A DNA stretch of 64,000 nt, taken from the NCBI GenBank assembly GCA_051362555.1, contig CM120644.1, forward strand, positions 20,854,534 to 20,918,533. The letters are read 5' to 3'. The first letter of the stretch is position 1. Every line of letters begins with the position of its first letter. The position numbers and the translations under genes were made by a program. The notes beneath the pieces are model-generated. The model ran no database searches, was not told where the DNA came from, and saw only the letters and a list, made by a program, of their open reading frames with translations. This DNA is from Lingula anatina (taxonomy: Eukaryota; Animalia; Brachiopoda). Shown here piece by piece: positions 37,401-48,690 of this stretch.

Positions 37401-40400
37401 ATACACATCAGCTGATTTTATTCACACCAGTCTTCAGTGCTGATCCTCAATCAACTTATGAAACTGATATGTGCCTTTTAGGTAGTTTGAACTGATACAA
37501 CTGATACTGATACAATAAAATTTATATCTATTTGTCAGTTTAACTCAGCATACATTCTTCATAGCTTTTCTCTTTTATTACATCAGATCTTGACATGTTG
37601 TATTATGTCACAGTCCTCCTTTTCTGTTTTAAGGTGGTGGTCAAGTGTGCGTGTGGACACCGGTCTGCCAGGGTCCAGTGCTTGGCTGGAGCCCAAGAGA
37701 AGTCACAGGACTTTCAAAAGTAAGAGTTGTTCCAGAGCTGTTTAGTTGTTCTCTCAGACAGTGTCAGGTTGAGCTGGCTTAGCACTGGACTAACAACTCT
37801 ATCAAAACTGATTGTACAGCCAGATTGTGATCCTTCTCTCATAATGCTGGTCCCCACTGAAATAACTCTCTGCTTTTGATAACAACTGTTAACAAACCCT
37901 TCTTAAGTTTCCTGACTTTTTTAAAGAAAGTATTTCTGTTTACGTGTAATGGTTTACTTTAATTGTTCAGAGTTAGTGAGAAGTGTGGAGTAGTTTATTA
38001 ACAAGGTGTGTGTTCTGTTGACCAGGTTGTCTGGGGCAGCACTGGCCAGTCAGATGCAGCAGTTACTCACTGGACAATCAGTGGACCTCACACCACTACT
38101 CAACTCCTCCAAGTCTGGCAGGACAGATACTGTGTATGTATACAACTGTGCTGGGAGCTGTGTTTACAGTGTGAACTGTGTGTTTGACATCCTGTGACAT
38201 CCTGTGATATTCTGTGATATGAATTCTGTGCTCTACAACACAAATAGTTTGATATGATGTTTTGATTCCGTTGGTTGTATTTTTGTCTGTTATTCTTAAA
38301 CATTCAGTCTACAGTGTAATGATGACAGTGTTGTATTGATGTTATGTTTCAGTCTACAATGTAATGATGACAGTGTTGTATTGATGTTGTGTTTCAGTCT
38401 ACAATGTAATGATGACAGTGTTGTATTGATGTTGTGTTTCAGTCTACAGTGTAATGATGACAGTGTTGTATTGATGTTGTGTTTCAGTCTACAATGTAAT
38501 GATGACAGTGTTGTATTGATGTTGTGTTTCAGTCTACAGTGTAATGATGACAGTGTTGTATTGATGTTGTGTTTCAGTCTACAATGTAATGATGACAGTG
38601 TTGTATTGATGTTGTGTTTCAGTCTACAATGTAATGATGACAGTGTTGTATTGATGTTGTGTTTCAGTCTACAATGTAATGATGACAGTGTTGTATTGAT
38701 GTTGTGTTTCAGTCTACAATGTAATGATGACAATGTTGTATTGATATTGTGTTTCAGTCTACAGTGTAATGATGAGTGTGCTGTAATAGAGAGGAACAAG
38801 AGGTGGGCATTGGCACTGGAGATCAAGAACCCAGACTTGAACGCTAAACTAGGAAACCCAACCTACTCTCAGTTTCTCAAGGATCAGGCTAAGTGAGTAG
38901 GAACTTTTTGTAGAATAGAAATTAAAAATATGTATTTGTTAACTACATATATCAGTTTCTACCCTAGCTGAAAGTGTACCTGTAAAAGTGTACCTGTCAG
39001 TGTTGAAATTGGACAGTTAAAATAGTCCTCAATATGAACAACAGGACAACATAGTTCAACTTCCATCAGAATATATCATTGTTATGTACAGAAACAGATT
39101 GTATGTATATATATATATAGCCCTCACCTATGTTTGTAGTCTGCGTGCTTTTCACTGTGTACTTTTCTCTGTTAACACAATTTATGGAAAACTGTTTGAT
39201 TTATTATCTTCAATAGGGTGATAAAAGGTACTAAAATACAGGGAAGGTTCAAGTAGCAGCTTTATTGGATTAATTTATTGATCCTGAAATGTGTGACTTT
39301 GGAATTCCATTGGCCTGAAGATCAGTGTTATTTACATTTTCTGAATGTTGATGCTACTGTTCACCTAATTAAGAACTGGTTATGATTATGCTGTTAAACC
39401 TGATGTAATACTATACAAAACTAACAGAAATACAATTATTTTTCTCTCTTTTGTGTCTGTACATTTGACAGATTTGCTTCCCTGTTTAGATCTAAACTAA
39501 AGTTTAAATAAGATTTTATTTTTTGGCAGGTAGTGTGCTGTATAGTTAATACTTGACAGCTGAAATATTGTTAATCTTTGATTTTCAGACAGAACCCTTC
39601 CTTTGTGGCATCTGTTGAGAAAGCTCTGGCTGACCTTGTTCATAGTTGTAAAGACTTAAAGCAGCCCCGCCGCTGCCACCCATTCCCCCCAATGAACCGG
39701 AGTCAGAGGCAGGTGGTCCATGAGCTGGCAGAGTTCTATGGCTGCCAGACACAGAGTTACGATAATGAACCAAAGAAGAATGTGGTGGCCACTGCAACCA
39801 GGTATGTTGGGCTATCCTGGGTACAGAAAGCTTACTTCTTACTAGGTATGTGGGCCTATTTTGGGTACAGAAAGCTTACTTCTTACAGGATAAAGACAAA
39901 ATGGAGTGGTAAAAGTAGAATTTGCTCCTTAATATCCGATATGTAACAGTTAAGTTAAGTTAAGGTAAAGGTTTCTATCACTCTGAATGTCACAGCATTA
40001 ACTCTAGAATGACCCACATACAGTAAGGCACTGGCAGTAGATGTTGTCATTCCCATATTTCAGAGACAAGTGCTGGTTACCCAGTGTAAGCCTTACCACC
40101 CTGGTCCAGAGAGAGCTGCACCCTAAAGCACCACAGCCAATACCACACAACTTTAAGGAGGAACAAGTCAGGTAGAAGTTGGCTGGACTGGGATTCATTT
40201 ATTTATTTTGGAGGGGACCTGTTTGTTTTAAAGTATTACTTTAATTATAACATTTGGTGTTATATGTTCATATATTTCGTTTTTTAACTGATGGAGAAAT
40301 AGTTGGCAACAATTTATGGTGTTTGAAGCACATGTTTGATAAGTGTGTGTGTGTTTTGTCTGATTTGATGAATTGTTTCAGAGGAATTGTTGAATCCAGT

Positions 40401-40546
40401 GGAGTTGACACCATCTTGTCTCTTATCTCTGCAGGTCTGTAGCCCAGGCAGCAAAACAGAGCACCACCATCTTGGAAAGTAGGAATTCTGGCGGCTCAGC
40501 TCTGAAGGGAGAAAAATTTGTGGACTACTTTGATTTTACAGACTGA
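11355..40546 (+). CDS. NFX1: Transcriptional repressor NF-X1 (RING, NF-X1-type zinc fingers, R3H), about 1066 aa, 21 coding exons
   Basis: Exons 11355-11400, 12167-12928, 13325-13486, 13776-13956, 14886-14957, 22339-22478, 22701-22791, 23352-23572, 24259-24393, 25143-25225, 25467-25578, 25985-26104, 34384-34463, 36910-37014, 37214-37342, 37634-37719, 38026-38133, 38758-38892, 39589-39801, 40064-40171, 40435-40546; sum 3201 nt, all GT-AG, phases consistent. RING YECMVCC...[19 protein letters not shown]...WRCPACQ; repeated CGxHxCxxxCHxGxCxxC fingers; R3[21 protein letters not shown]; C-terminus VDYFDFTD. The R3H domain and lack of a C-terminal membrane segment favour NFX1 over NFXL1. The start exon is the least certain part. 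Confidence 0.93.
16680..16760. repeat. (TA)n microsatellite
   Basis: TA run inside family A copy 1. Confidence 0.97.
19408..20774. mobile_element. TIR element (hAT-like CAGGG termini) inserted in a (TA)n tract
   Basis: CAGGGCTCGACATTA / TAGTGTCTAGCCCTG (13/15 match); subterminal GGACAGGT/ACCTGTCC motifs at both ends; absent from the sister element at ~33530. Confidence 0.8.
20861..21096 (+). mobile_element. Short Helentron-type element (about 235 bp)
   Basis: 5' TTACCTC..CTCTGCCAAGG, 3' CCTTGGCAGAGG plus GCACT-ctcaa-AGTGC hairpin and CTAGTT. The empty site is visible in the sister copy (GATTATATT|TTTGTTGTTTTC at ~33554-33574). A partial copy lies at 16809-16957. Confidence 0.8.
23563..23872 (+). 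repeat. 26-bp minisatellite (about 11 copies) starting at an NFX1 donor
   Basis: Unit GGACTGGGAGAGGGTGATAACAGCTA; resembles the junction GGGACTGACG|GTGAGGGCAGCT. Confidence 0.9.
24368..24948 (+). repeat. 45-bp in-frame minisatellite containing 13 splice donors
   Basis: Unit GTGCAGTGAGGCTGACCAGTTCACAG|GTACAGTGAGTGGGTTGGT; donors after 24393+45k (k=0-12); reads [15 protein letters not shown] with no stop. Confidence 0.97.
26333..34108 (+). mobile_element. Helentron/DINE-1-like element, family A copy 2 (full termini)
   Basis: Same 5' palindrome and microsatellite as 15025; 161-bp units (ACCGATAAC at 26414, 26575, 26736); 3' TGTCTGTACAT followed by an imperfect hairpin GACAGC-TTT-GCTGCC and TTGTT. 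Confidence 0.82.
30512..33310 (+). mobile_element. Helentron/DINE-1-like element, family B, nested in family A copy 2
   Basis: Subterminal inverted repeats TTGTACCACCAGC / GCTGGTGGTACAA; 5' palindrome; (CCGGCTCCG)n; 146-bp tandem units (31540, 31686, 31832...); 3' hairpin GAGGCG-GTAT-CGCCTC plus CTAGTT. Its flanks are contiguous in copy 1 at 19081-19120. Confidence 0.88.
34630..36593. mobile_element. TTAA-flanked TIR element (Kolobok-like) containing an inverted copy of the same family at 34778-35761
   Basis: Outer element TTAA|AGACATTCTCAGTGGG...CCCACTGAGAGTGTCT|TCAA; inner element TTAA|AGGACAACTCAG...CTGAGACTGTCT|TTAA. 34630-34760 is inverted at 35635-35761, and 34780-35090 is inverted at ~36276-36593. 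Confidence 0.8.
38303..38775 (+). repeat. 45-bp in-frame minisatellite containing 11 splice acceptors
   Basis: Unit TTCAG|TCTACA(G/A)TGTAATGATGACAGTGTTGTATTGATGTTGTGT; acceptor AGs end at 38307+45k (k=0-10); reads [15 protein letters not shown] with no stop; the last unit runs into [15 protein letters not shown]. Confidence 0.97.
39270..39488 (+). mobile_element. Degenerate 3' fragment of the family A Helentron-like element
   Basis: GTGTGACTTT...GGCCTGAAGA...CATTTTCTGAAT internal motif and terminal TGTCTGTACATTTGACAG. Confidence 0.6.
39800..39889 (+). repeat. Two-copy 44-bp duplication of an NFX1 donor
   Basis: AG|GTATGT...TGGGTACAGAAAGCTTACTTCTTAC at 39800 and 39844. Confidence 0.88.
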
Positions 40547-41139
40547 AATTATTTGGGTTGCAAATTTTTATTTTATGACATACCACATACCCACTCACTG
40601 CTTGAATCCAGAATACAAACAATGGCAACAGTATCAAAATAGGCAATTTTCCAAACTCTGTAAATTGTAAACCACTGGTTTCATTTGAAATGTACTGATT
40701 TCATATTAGACATAACAAGTGTGGTTTTGGTGGTGTCTCATGTTCTCAGTTCTCAGGATTGTTTCCAAGACCATGCCAGGGATGTTGTTCAGCTTTACTA
40801 TGCAAGTACAAACCAGTGCTTTAGTTTTTGTGAAATGCGTTTCACCTAATATACCTCAGAACTTACCAAAAAAATTAATGTGAAGCACATTTTTGTTTTC
40901 AAAGTATCTAGTATTTCATGAAGATGTATTGAAGTAATCTTGCTCAAAACTGATTGTCATGTGGTTGAAGACATTGACATTAATTAGATTGAGAAGTTTG
41001 CCTTAATTCTCCATAAGCATTGAACAGGGAGGCATAGTACGGGAATTACTCGGAACTTTTCAGTGAGCAGAAATTATCATTATTTTATTATCACAAAAAT
41101 TATACTTTACTGCACAGAATAGAACTATAGAGTAGCCTG

Positions 41140-41187
<48 letters not shown>

Positions 41188-41509
41188 CTACCAAACAATA
41201 GGAAAGTTATAATTATAAGAAATGATGATTTATGAAATACAGCATCTGTAAAATTCACAATTTTCCCCCCATTGAAAAGATGGAGTAATTACCATATGTA
41301 CTTAAGCAGGAAGTTGAATGTAATGTGATTGTATCATTAAAATTCCATTTCAGTCAGAGAAAAATTCTGCCTATATCTATAGTATTTTTGCTTTGCTTCA
41401 TGTTTGACTAAGCTGGATAACATAATTTGTATGAAAATCTTCCATTTCTATTGTAGATTGTTTTTTGGGGGTGGTGGTGGATTTGAGACCTGTATTTGCA
41501 AAAGAAATG

Positions 41510-41515
41510 AATAAA
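41510..41515 (+). promoter_or_regulatory. Candidate NFX1 polyadenylation signal
   Basis: First AATAAA that I found downstream of the stop at 40546. Confidence 0.45.
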
Positions 41516-41718
41516 GCAGTTTACATTATTTGAAGTACAGACTGTATATCCCTCCGTGACCACGTAATGGTTCAACGTGGTGCTGGGCCAGCAGAGGGGG
41601 TTGAAGCTGACTGTTAACCAAGAGAAACGTGTGTGTGAAAACAACTGGTTCAAATCATTTAGCCAAAATTAGGGCAATAAAAATTGGGATGAAACTTCCC
41701 ATTTTATAATAACATAAA

Positions 41719-41935
41719 AAATAGAAAAGCACCCAGAGAGAGCAAACCCCACCACCAGTATGAGGAATTAACTAATAATTAACCATCAGCAGAGTCTAAT
41801 CTCTTTGTAGTTGTCACTTTTGTGACTCGCATGTATCATGGGAATTTCACCCAAATCCACCCATAATTTTTTGAGTTTGACCGGTGACAAATAGGCGAAC
41901 AAACAAAAATTGCACAGAACAAAGACTTGGGGGGT
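41719..41935 (-). mobile_element. Degenerate short Helentron-type element
   Basis: AAATAGAAAAGCAC..GAGAG..CAAACC resembles the reverse complement of the 3' end at 21068-21096. Confidence 0.45.
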
Positions 41936-44900
41936 ACTGTAATACACTATATAGTATATTTATGGAGCTCAGGCATGGTGCACGCGGTTTTTGCCAACTG
42001 ACTTGGGCACGTACAGGCTACTTTCTGACCACAAGGACTGCTGTTACGCAAAATTGCTGAAGGCCTCTTCTTCATTTTAATTGTTCATTTCCAATTCATT
42101 ATTTTCTGGGGATGTTCTTAATTGGCTGACCGGGTAAGAACTAATGAAAAAAAAAACAGAGGCAAAGTGCTCAGTGGGCACACAGGTCGTTCGTAGATTA
42201 CAGGAAACGCCCAGATTTGTTGTTCAAAGGAAGCACCAAGGCCGCAGGAGCATTTACGCAGAAACACGATTTGCTTGCTTTGGCGTCATTGAACGTCCTG
42301 GCCACATTTTTGGCCGTAGTAGGGACATACTGTACAAATGTCGCAGCTCAGTTTAAACGGGGCTTTAGTAAGTTGTTAGAAGTCAGGACCTGGTATCAGT
42401 TCAGGATGTTTTATGTGATTGCATTAAACATTTAAATACACAGGATTTAAAAAATTCAATGGGATTTCTTTTGTAAATATCAAAACTTAGATTTTTTATG
42501 TACATAGATAAAACATGGTAATTTGAAAGAAGCCCTGACCTAGTATCACTTAACGCAATTTGATGTGATTACACCATATATTTAAAAAAAAGAATGAATT
42601 AAAAAAATTCAATGAGATTTACCATGTCAATTTTAAAACGTAGTTTTGTTTACATTTAGAAAAAAGCAAGATCCTTGTGGATGAAACTTGGTGAGTCGAA
42701 AGAAGTCATGATCCAGCTGGTTGTGTCACTTTACAATTTTAAAAGAAGGCCACTGCAGCGTTTTAACTACTGCACCAGGAATAATATCATACATTTAACT
42801 ACCAAAAAGTTAAAAGTGCATTTGGACCATTGCTGCTCCTTTAGGAGCATAGGAATACTTCAGTTTTTAATTTTGGCTCGACTTATTGTTTGATAGAAAA
42901 AGACGAATGGATTGCTGTAAAAAAATATAACAGAGGGATTTTATCATTATAATTATTATTGTTATGCGACCATGAACTGGCGGCTGAGAGATGCTGGCAC
43001 CAAAGGTCCCTTGAAAACGAACTTTAAACTCGCAACTGCTACAGGTATCAAGGAAAATAAGGAAACAAGCCTAACTCTTGAAGCCTGTATAGTACACAAG
43101 AGAGTTAGAACTATGAACTAGCAGGTAGTGATCAGAATCTATCAACCCCCTCCCCCCCCCCAGTCTACACACTGCTACTCGAATGTCTCTTATAATTTAT
43201 ATTATATAAAGCAAGCGCCCGTCACATAAATCCGCATGAATTTGTCTTTTATTTTACAAGACGGCATGTAGAAAAAAAATCATGTGATCTTCTCTAACGC
43301 AATCCCACGCTTGGAGTAATTTAATATTGGGCTCTTTTACTTGATGTATATGGTATCTGATTGCTGAGCCTGCTCACTAGATATCAAATATAATGGCTGG
43401 AAATTGGGTTGCTTGGGGTTGATTTCAATAAACCTATTTTCATATTATAATATATATGTGTGACAAAGGCTAAATCTTAAACCGAGGCTTCCGTACAGAG
43501 AGTAGGGAGGGAACGGCACAGGCGAGTATTTAGGTGAGAGGTGTTCAGATAAGACCAAGGTCATTAGACGAATGCAAAGAAAGACGCCCAATGCAACATT
43601 TCTACAATTTCTACGTATATGTACACCAAAACCCTGTCACTGAGAACTGCAGCAGTCTGCGGTAAGTACTGTACACCTGTAACCTAACGTCGTTCACTTT
43701 GCAATTACGATATTTTCCCAAAAAGGTGCATTTGCACTTACGCCATAATGACAATGGGGGCATTTTACGTACGTAAACGAGAAAAAAATTAGCCTGAAAT
43801 ATAAATAGTTTATTTCTGCTATTTTTCCAGAGAGATCGTATTTGTCAATTCATATATGCAAGTACTGCAAGGGTCTTTGCTTAGCTGCCCTGATGTGTAA
43901 AAGTTTTTTCCGCCTTACAAAACATTGCCTGACAGAAATTTATTTTCTTTAATTTCAGTGACTCTTAACTACCGCTTACGAGGCGATTGGATGCGTCTCC
44001 CATCCAAGACATCAGTTTAGTATTTGCCAGCGCCCGCATCCTTGTCAAGATTGCCTCGCTTGTCGAAGTTTGTCTTCTAGCTAATTTGCAGGGTTGACAT
44101 TTGATGTTGAATTTGCTTTAGATTGTAATAGTCTATGATATTTTGTATCAAAAAGTGTGTAAGCAGAAAAGTCGCAAGAAACGAGCATCTTATTCATGAA
44201 ACCTTTGATAAGAAAATTTTAAATGGATTTTAAAAGTCCAAGAGTCAACCCTGTATGTTGCTGTTTAAACACTATATATGTGCTTCTAAGCCGCACTGGT
44301 AGCATAGTTCTCTATTCACCTACGTGGGTTTTATTGTAGCTTGCTTATAGTTTTATACCCTGAGATGACACCTGGAGATCTCCGTTAACAGAAGGAATAT
44401 CAGTGCAAAACAGTGCCTTATTTTTATTAAATGTTGTAACGTGGATAATAAAGAGATTGTCGCACATGTTTTGAAACGATCTTTCCAAGAGTGCTAGGTT
44501 GTAATTATTCTTGCTCTGGCTCTCTGTGTTTTGATACTGTTGTGCGTCTGGTTGGTGGCCGTGTTCTCAATTCTGAGAGATGTCAAAATGTTTGTTTTAA
44601 AGAAATTAAACAAAGGAATTGCACTAGGTAGATTTCCCGAAATTAACATGCTTTCGGTTTCGCAGTAAGAGAAAACTTGTTGCGCACACAATAAGAAATA
44701 TACAAAAATTTACCAGTCCTTTTGTGTGTCGTTTAAGTGCCAATATTACAAAACAGCAAAAATGTTAGTCACGAAAAAAAAATGAAGTCGTAAAAAGTGT
44801 TTTTTTGCATGATATTACCATTATAGGATTATGTAGGACTGACATTTTCATGATTTTTTAAATTTGACAAAAAAGTTGCACTCAGCTCTCTTTTTAAAGA

Positions 44901-45924
44901 TGACCTTGAACCATGTGTTTACAAATAACTTTTGTTTCCGGGCTGGAGTGAATGAGGACAAATGAGACTTCAAAAGGCAGTCCTACACGGCCTATTGGGT
45001 GATTTGTGCAACTTGTTTTATAACCACTGAACTTCATTTCTGAACACGAGGGGCCAGGGTTGTGTTTATTAGTATTTATACGATGAACGTTTTTGATTTT
45101 TGTGTAACCTTGTGAGTTTTGTTTGCATATTACTGTTGGCAATGGCTGGTATACCCTTGTACACTGACCCTGTTTTGATGCCTTTCTTCATTCGTACACA
45201 TGCAAACCTGTTGTGTCTCCCAAAACCTTAAGTTAGGATTGACTGAGGTACGAGCCAGATCTATTCATATTTCAAAGGGGATTTTGGCTTATTTTTGGGA
45301 TCACTCTTAAATTGTATTATATGCATTTTGAATATTCGGTGTTGTTTACACCACTGAAATTGGACGTTCCACGATGAAATTTTACACCCCCCCCCCCTTT
45401 CTGGGACAAATACACCAACATCAAATTTGTACTACGATCGCAAAGTATATTATGGTAAATTTATTAATTTTGGCACTAAAACTGTAACAATTTGCTCTCG
45501 CTGGATTTGTTTCAACCGTATTATTCCTAAGCTTTTCACAAGCCTAAAGAAGAAATAGTTGTTTGAGGAATTTTTCAAAATGCATAGAATCTTCAAACAA
45601 GTTAGTTTGTTGAAATAATTATTGAAAGCTTGATTGGTCAGTCTTCTCTGTAGATTTCTATCAATCAATAGTAAAATTAAACATTTTACCATTTTTGTGA
45701 AAATAGTTAACATTTTTTGTTAGAATCTTTGTTAAAATTGTACGTTTTATGATTTTTACAATTTTTGTTTGAATAATTGAAATTGTACGTTGTATAATTT
45801 TTGTTAGAATATTTAATATTGTACTTTGAAAATCTTTGTTATAAATGATTTCTATTTATTTTGACAATAATAACATGTTCTTTGTCAAAAATAATTCAGG
45901 CCTTCATTTTGTACATTTATATCC

Positions 45925-46165
45925 AATTTCCACGGCTGGTCTCGAGCCTCTTACCGTCTGGTTATCTTTCTACCACTTCACCCACCTAGCCAGGGACTCT
46001 TCTTGCCACCCTATGCTTCACAGGATCGTCTTATAACAGTTCAAATCGATAATTTGGATTTTATTTTGCAAAAGGTAATTTGCTGGGACCCAGGAGCGCC
46101 AGGAATCGAACTCGGGACCTGCTCACTCGGAGGCAAGCGCGCTATCCACTCCCCTAAGTGTTCCC
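45925..46165 (-). pseudogene. Two adjacent tRNA-like remnants (possible SINE heads)
   Basis: Minus strand: ...GAGTGGATAGCGCGCTTGCCTCCGAGTGAGCAGGTCCCGAGTTCGATTCCTGG (B-box; ~46090-46160) and TGGCTAGGTGG...GGCTCGAGACC (A/B-box-like; ~45930-45995). The cloverleafs are imperfect. Confidence 0.45.
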
Positions 46166-47315
46166 ACCCGCCCTCCCCGGGTAGACTTTCTTCTTATAGT
46201 AACCAAAGGGAAAATTCTTAAGGTCCCCATTTGTAACATCCAAGTGCCCAAGCCAAAAATGGCCCCCTACCTCAGACTGTCACTGAGCCCCGCGGCTGTC
46301 AATTAGGAGACGAAAACATTTGCCACATAGTTAAAAGAGTATTTATTAAGCGCAAAACAAATTTCCATTACATGTTAAGCTACACTTTTCTAATTTTTTT
46401 ATAAATTCCTTCAGGTTCAGAATGTATGTGAGACAATTGACACTCATGTTGAAGCAGATACAATCTGTTTATTCGATTTGATAAATAAATTACATGCATC
46501 AACTTATCTACTTATTTTGTGTTTGATAATATTACTATTAAACAAAGTATTCTAGAAAAGACAAAGATATTCTAAACAATTACTTCCTTTTAAAAACGCT
46601 TCCTTTTAAAACTTTAAAAATCACTCAGGACTATGAATCATGCCCATAAATATCCTCAATCGCCCAGCATTTCATAATTTGACCCATTGTAAACTACCCG
46701 CCCGTGTTGCCGTCTCTTTCTGACAACAAGGGATTATGAAAACGATTTCAGTATATAGTAATTTTACAGTGCAACTTTTATTGTTGGGATGAAAAATGGA
46801 AACGTTCTTATTGTATTTTACTAAAATGGTTATAAGTCTAGGGTGAAATAATTTTCAATATCTAGCCAGCAGTTGACATAATTAGATTATAACCACTACA
46901 CAACAATGGGGAGTGGAACAGTTCAAAAATCCCCTTAGATAAGAATACTTACAATATAGTTTTATTGTAGTCAAGTGCACCACTGTCGTTGTGATTAAGT
47001 GCAACAAATATCAAATACAATATAATATTTTTCATCCCAACAATACATTATTTTAAAGAACGTTAAAATATGAAATGCAGTGCTAGAAATTTTAATAAAA
47101 TACAATACAATGTCAGAAATCCTAATAAAATACAATGCAATATTATACAATGCGAGAAATTCTAATCAAATTTAAAAATACAATATTATGCAATGAACAT
47201 TAAAATATCAAATAAAGTGCAAGAAATTCCAACTATGCACTAATTTGAAAACGTATTGCTACGTAATGGCTCACATTCAGCAAGGCTTTTATTTCCTCTG
47301 TTGTAACCATAGTAA

Positions 47316-48690
47316 CTAATTTCTCGCGATCACTTGGGTACCACAAGTTAAAAATACTTTTTTTTCTATCACTGCGTATAAATCATCATCATTTATTAAC
47401 GTGTTATGAGCATGGAGCACCCAGTCCAGCTTATAAGACACCTGTTGTATACAAATTTTTTGTCTTACTGATAGATCAAAAATCTTAACAATAATTTTTG
47501 CTGATTGCTTAAAACTTTTTTCCATTAAATCTTCTATAGAAATGTCATTTATATCATTTGTCTGGATACCCAACTTTCCATAAAATTTATATCTTTCCTC
47601 CATATAAGCAGTGCTCCACAGTAAGAAATGACTCTCGTCTTCTAAATCCTTTTTGCATTGTTGGCATATTTTCCATTAATAGGTGTATTTGTGTAACGTA
47701 CAGTTTCTAAATGTGTAAAGGTAAAATGCCCATTCGAAATTGAGTGAAAATTTATTTTTATTTTTTGTTAAAATCTATGTATGAATATTTTTCAGCATTA
47801 AATTATTTTTTAAATGTCATATATGTTCGAATTTCAAAATGGGAATTCAAATTTTTTTCGCTTAATTTGACATATTAGTAGAGAGTTTTTAATGCATACT
47901 TTATCAACAATATCTTGATTATTACAGAATCTGAGGATCTCTCTTACCTCGAAGCACCATTTTTCCTCCAATATATAATCATATAATCTTCCAATTTATT
48001 ATTTGTTTGACAAATCTTTCATTTTGGGCGAGTACTAAATTGTTCTAAAGCCTGAATATGTTCAACCAACTGCTAAATTTCAGTGGTATCAACCCCAGTC
48101 ACCACACAGACTAATTTTTGGTGCAAATCGGTGAACTCCTAAATAATATCTTAACGCTTTAGACATAACTTTTTCACAGTTTTCATTTTCCAAAAATCCA
48201 CAAACCCTCCGACCCATACTCTAAAATTGGAGTCACACAGCTGTTAAACAATTTTTGGTGTGTGTAGAATCCCATTTAATCTACTATGTTTTTCATTTTG
48301 CTATAATTCAACCCAGTGCTCTACTAGCAGATTCAGAAAAAAGTTGGTATTATATTGAAAACCTAAAAGTTCTTCTACATAAGCCCCCATATATTTATAC
48401 TTATCACCCTCTTCTATATGGTGACTTCTAAACTATACAAAATCTGCAGTACGTTCTTTATGTTTGAGCCTATAATGTACGCATTTTGTTTCCCTGTAAT
48501 TAATTATCATTGTCCACCACTGCCAGGCCGCTGTTTAGTTTTTCTGTGCTATCAGATATTATCACCAGATTATCAGCATGAAGAAGGCTACTTAGGTTCA
48601 AACTCTCATTTATATTGATACCACCTTTATACTTCTTTAGCTCAATGATCAGATCATATAAATGTGGCCTCTCAGCTGTTATATTGAATG
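47316..48690 (-). mobile_element. Decayed non-LTR retrotransposon (LINE; CR1/L2-group-like) ORF2 3' fragment
   Basis: DLIIELKKYKGGININESLNLSSLLHADNLVIISDSTEKLNSGL is a degenerate LLYADD reverse-transcriptase motif; downstream TQFRMGILPLHI and ICQQCKKDLEDESHFLL resemble the C-terminal Cys/His motif; frameshifts and stops present. Confidence 0.8.
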
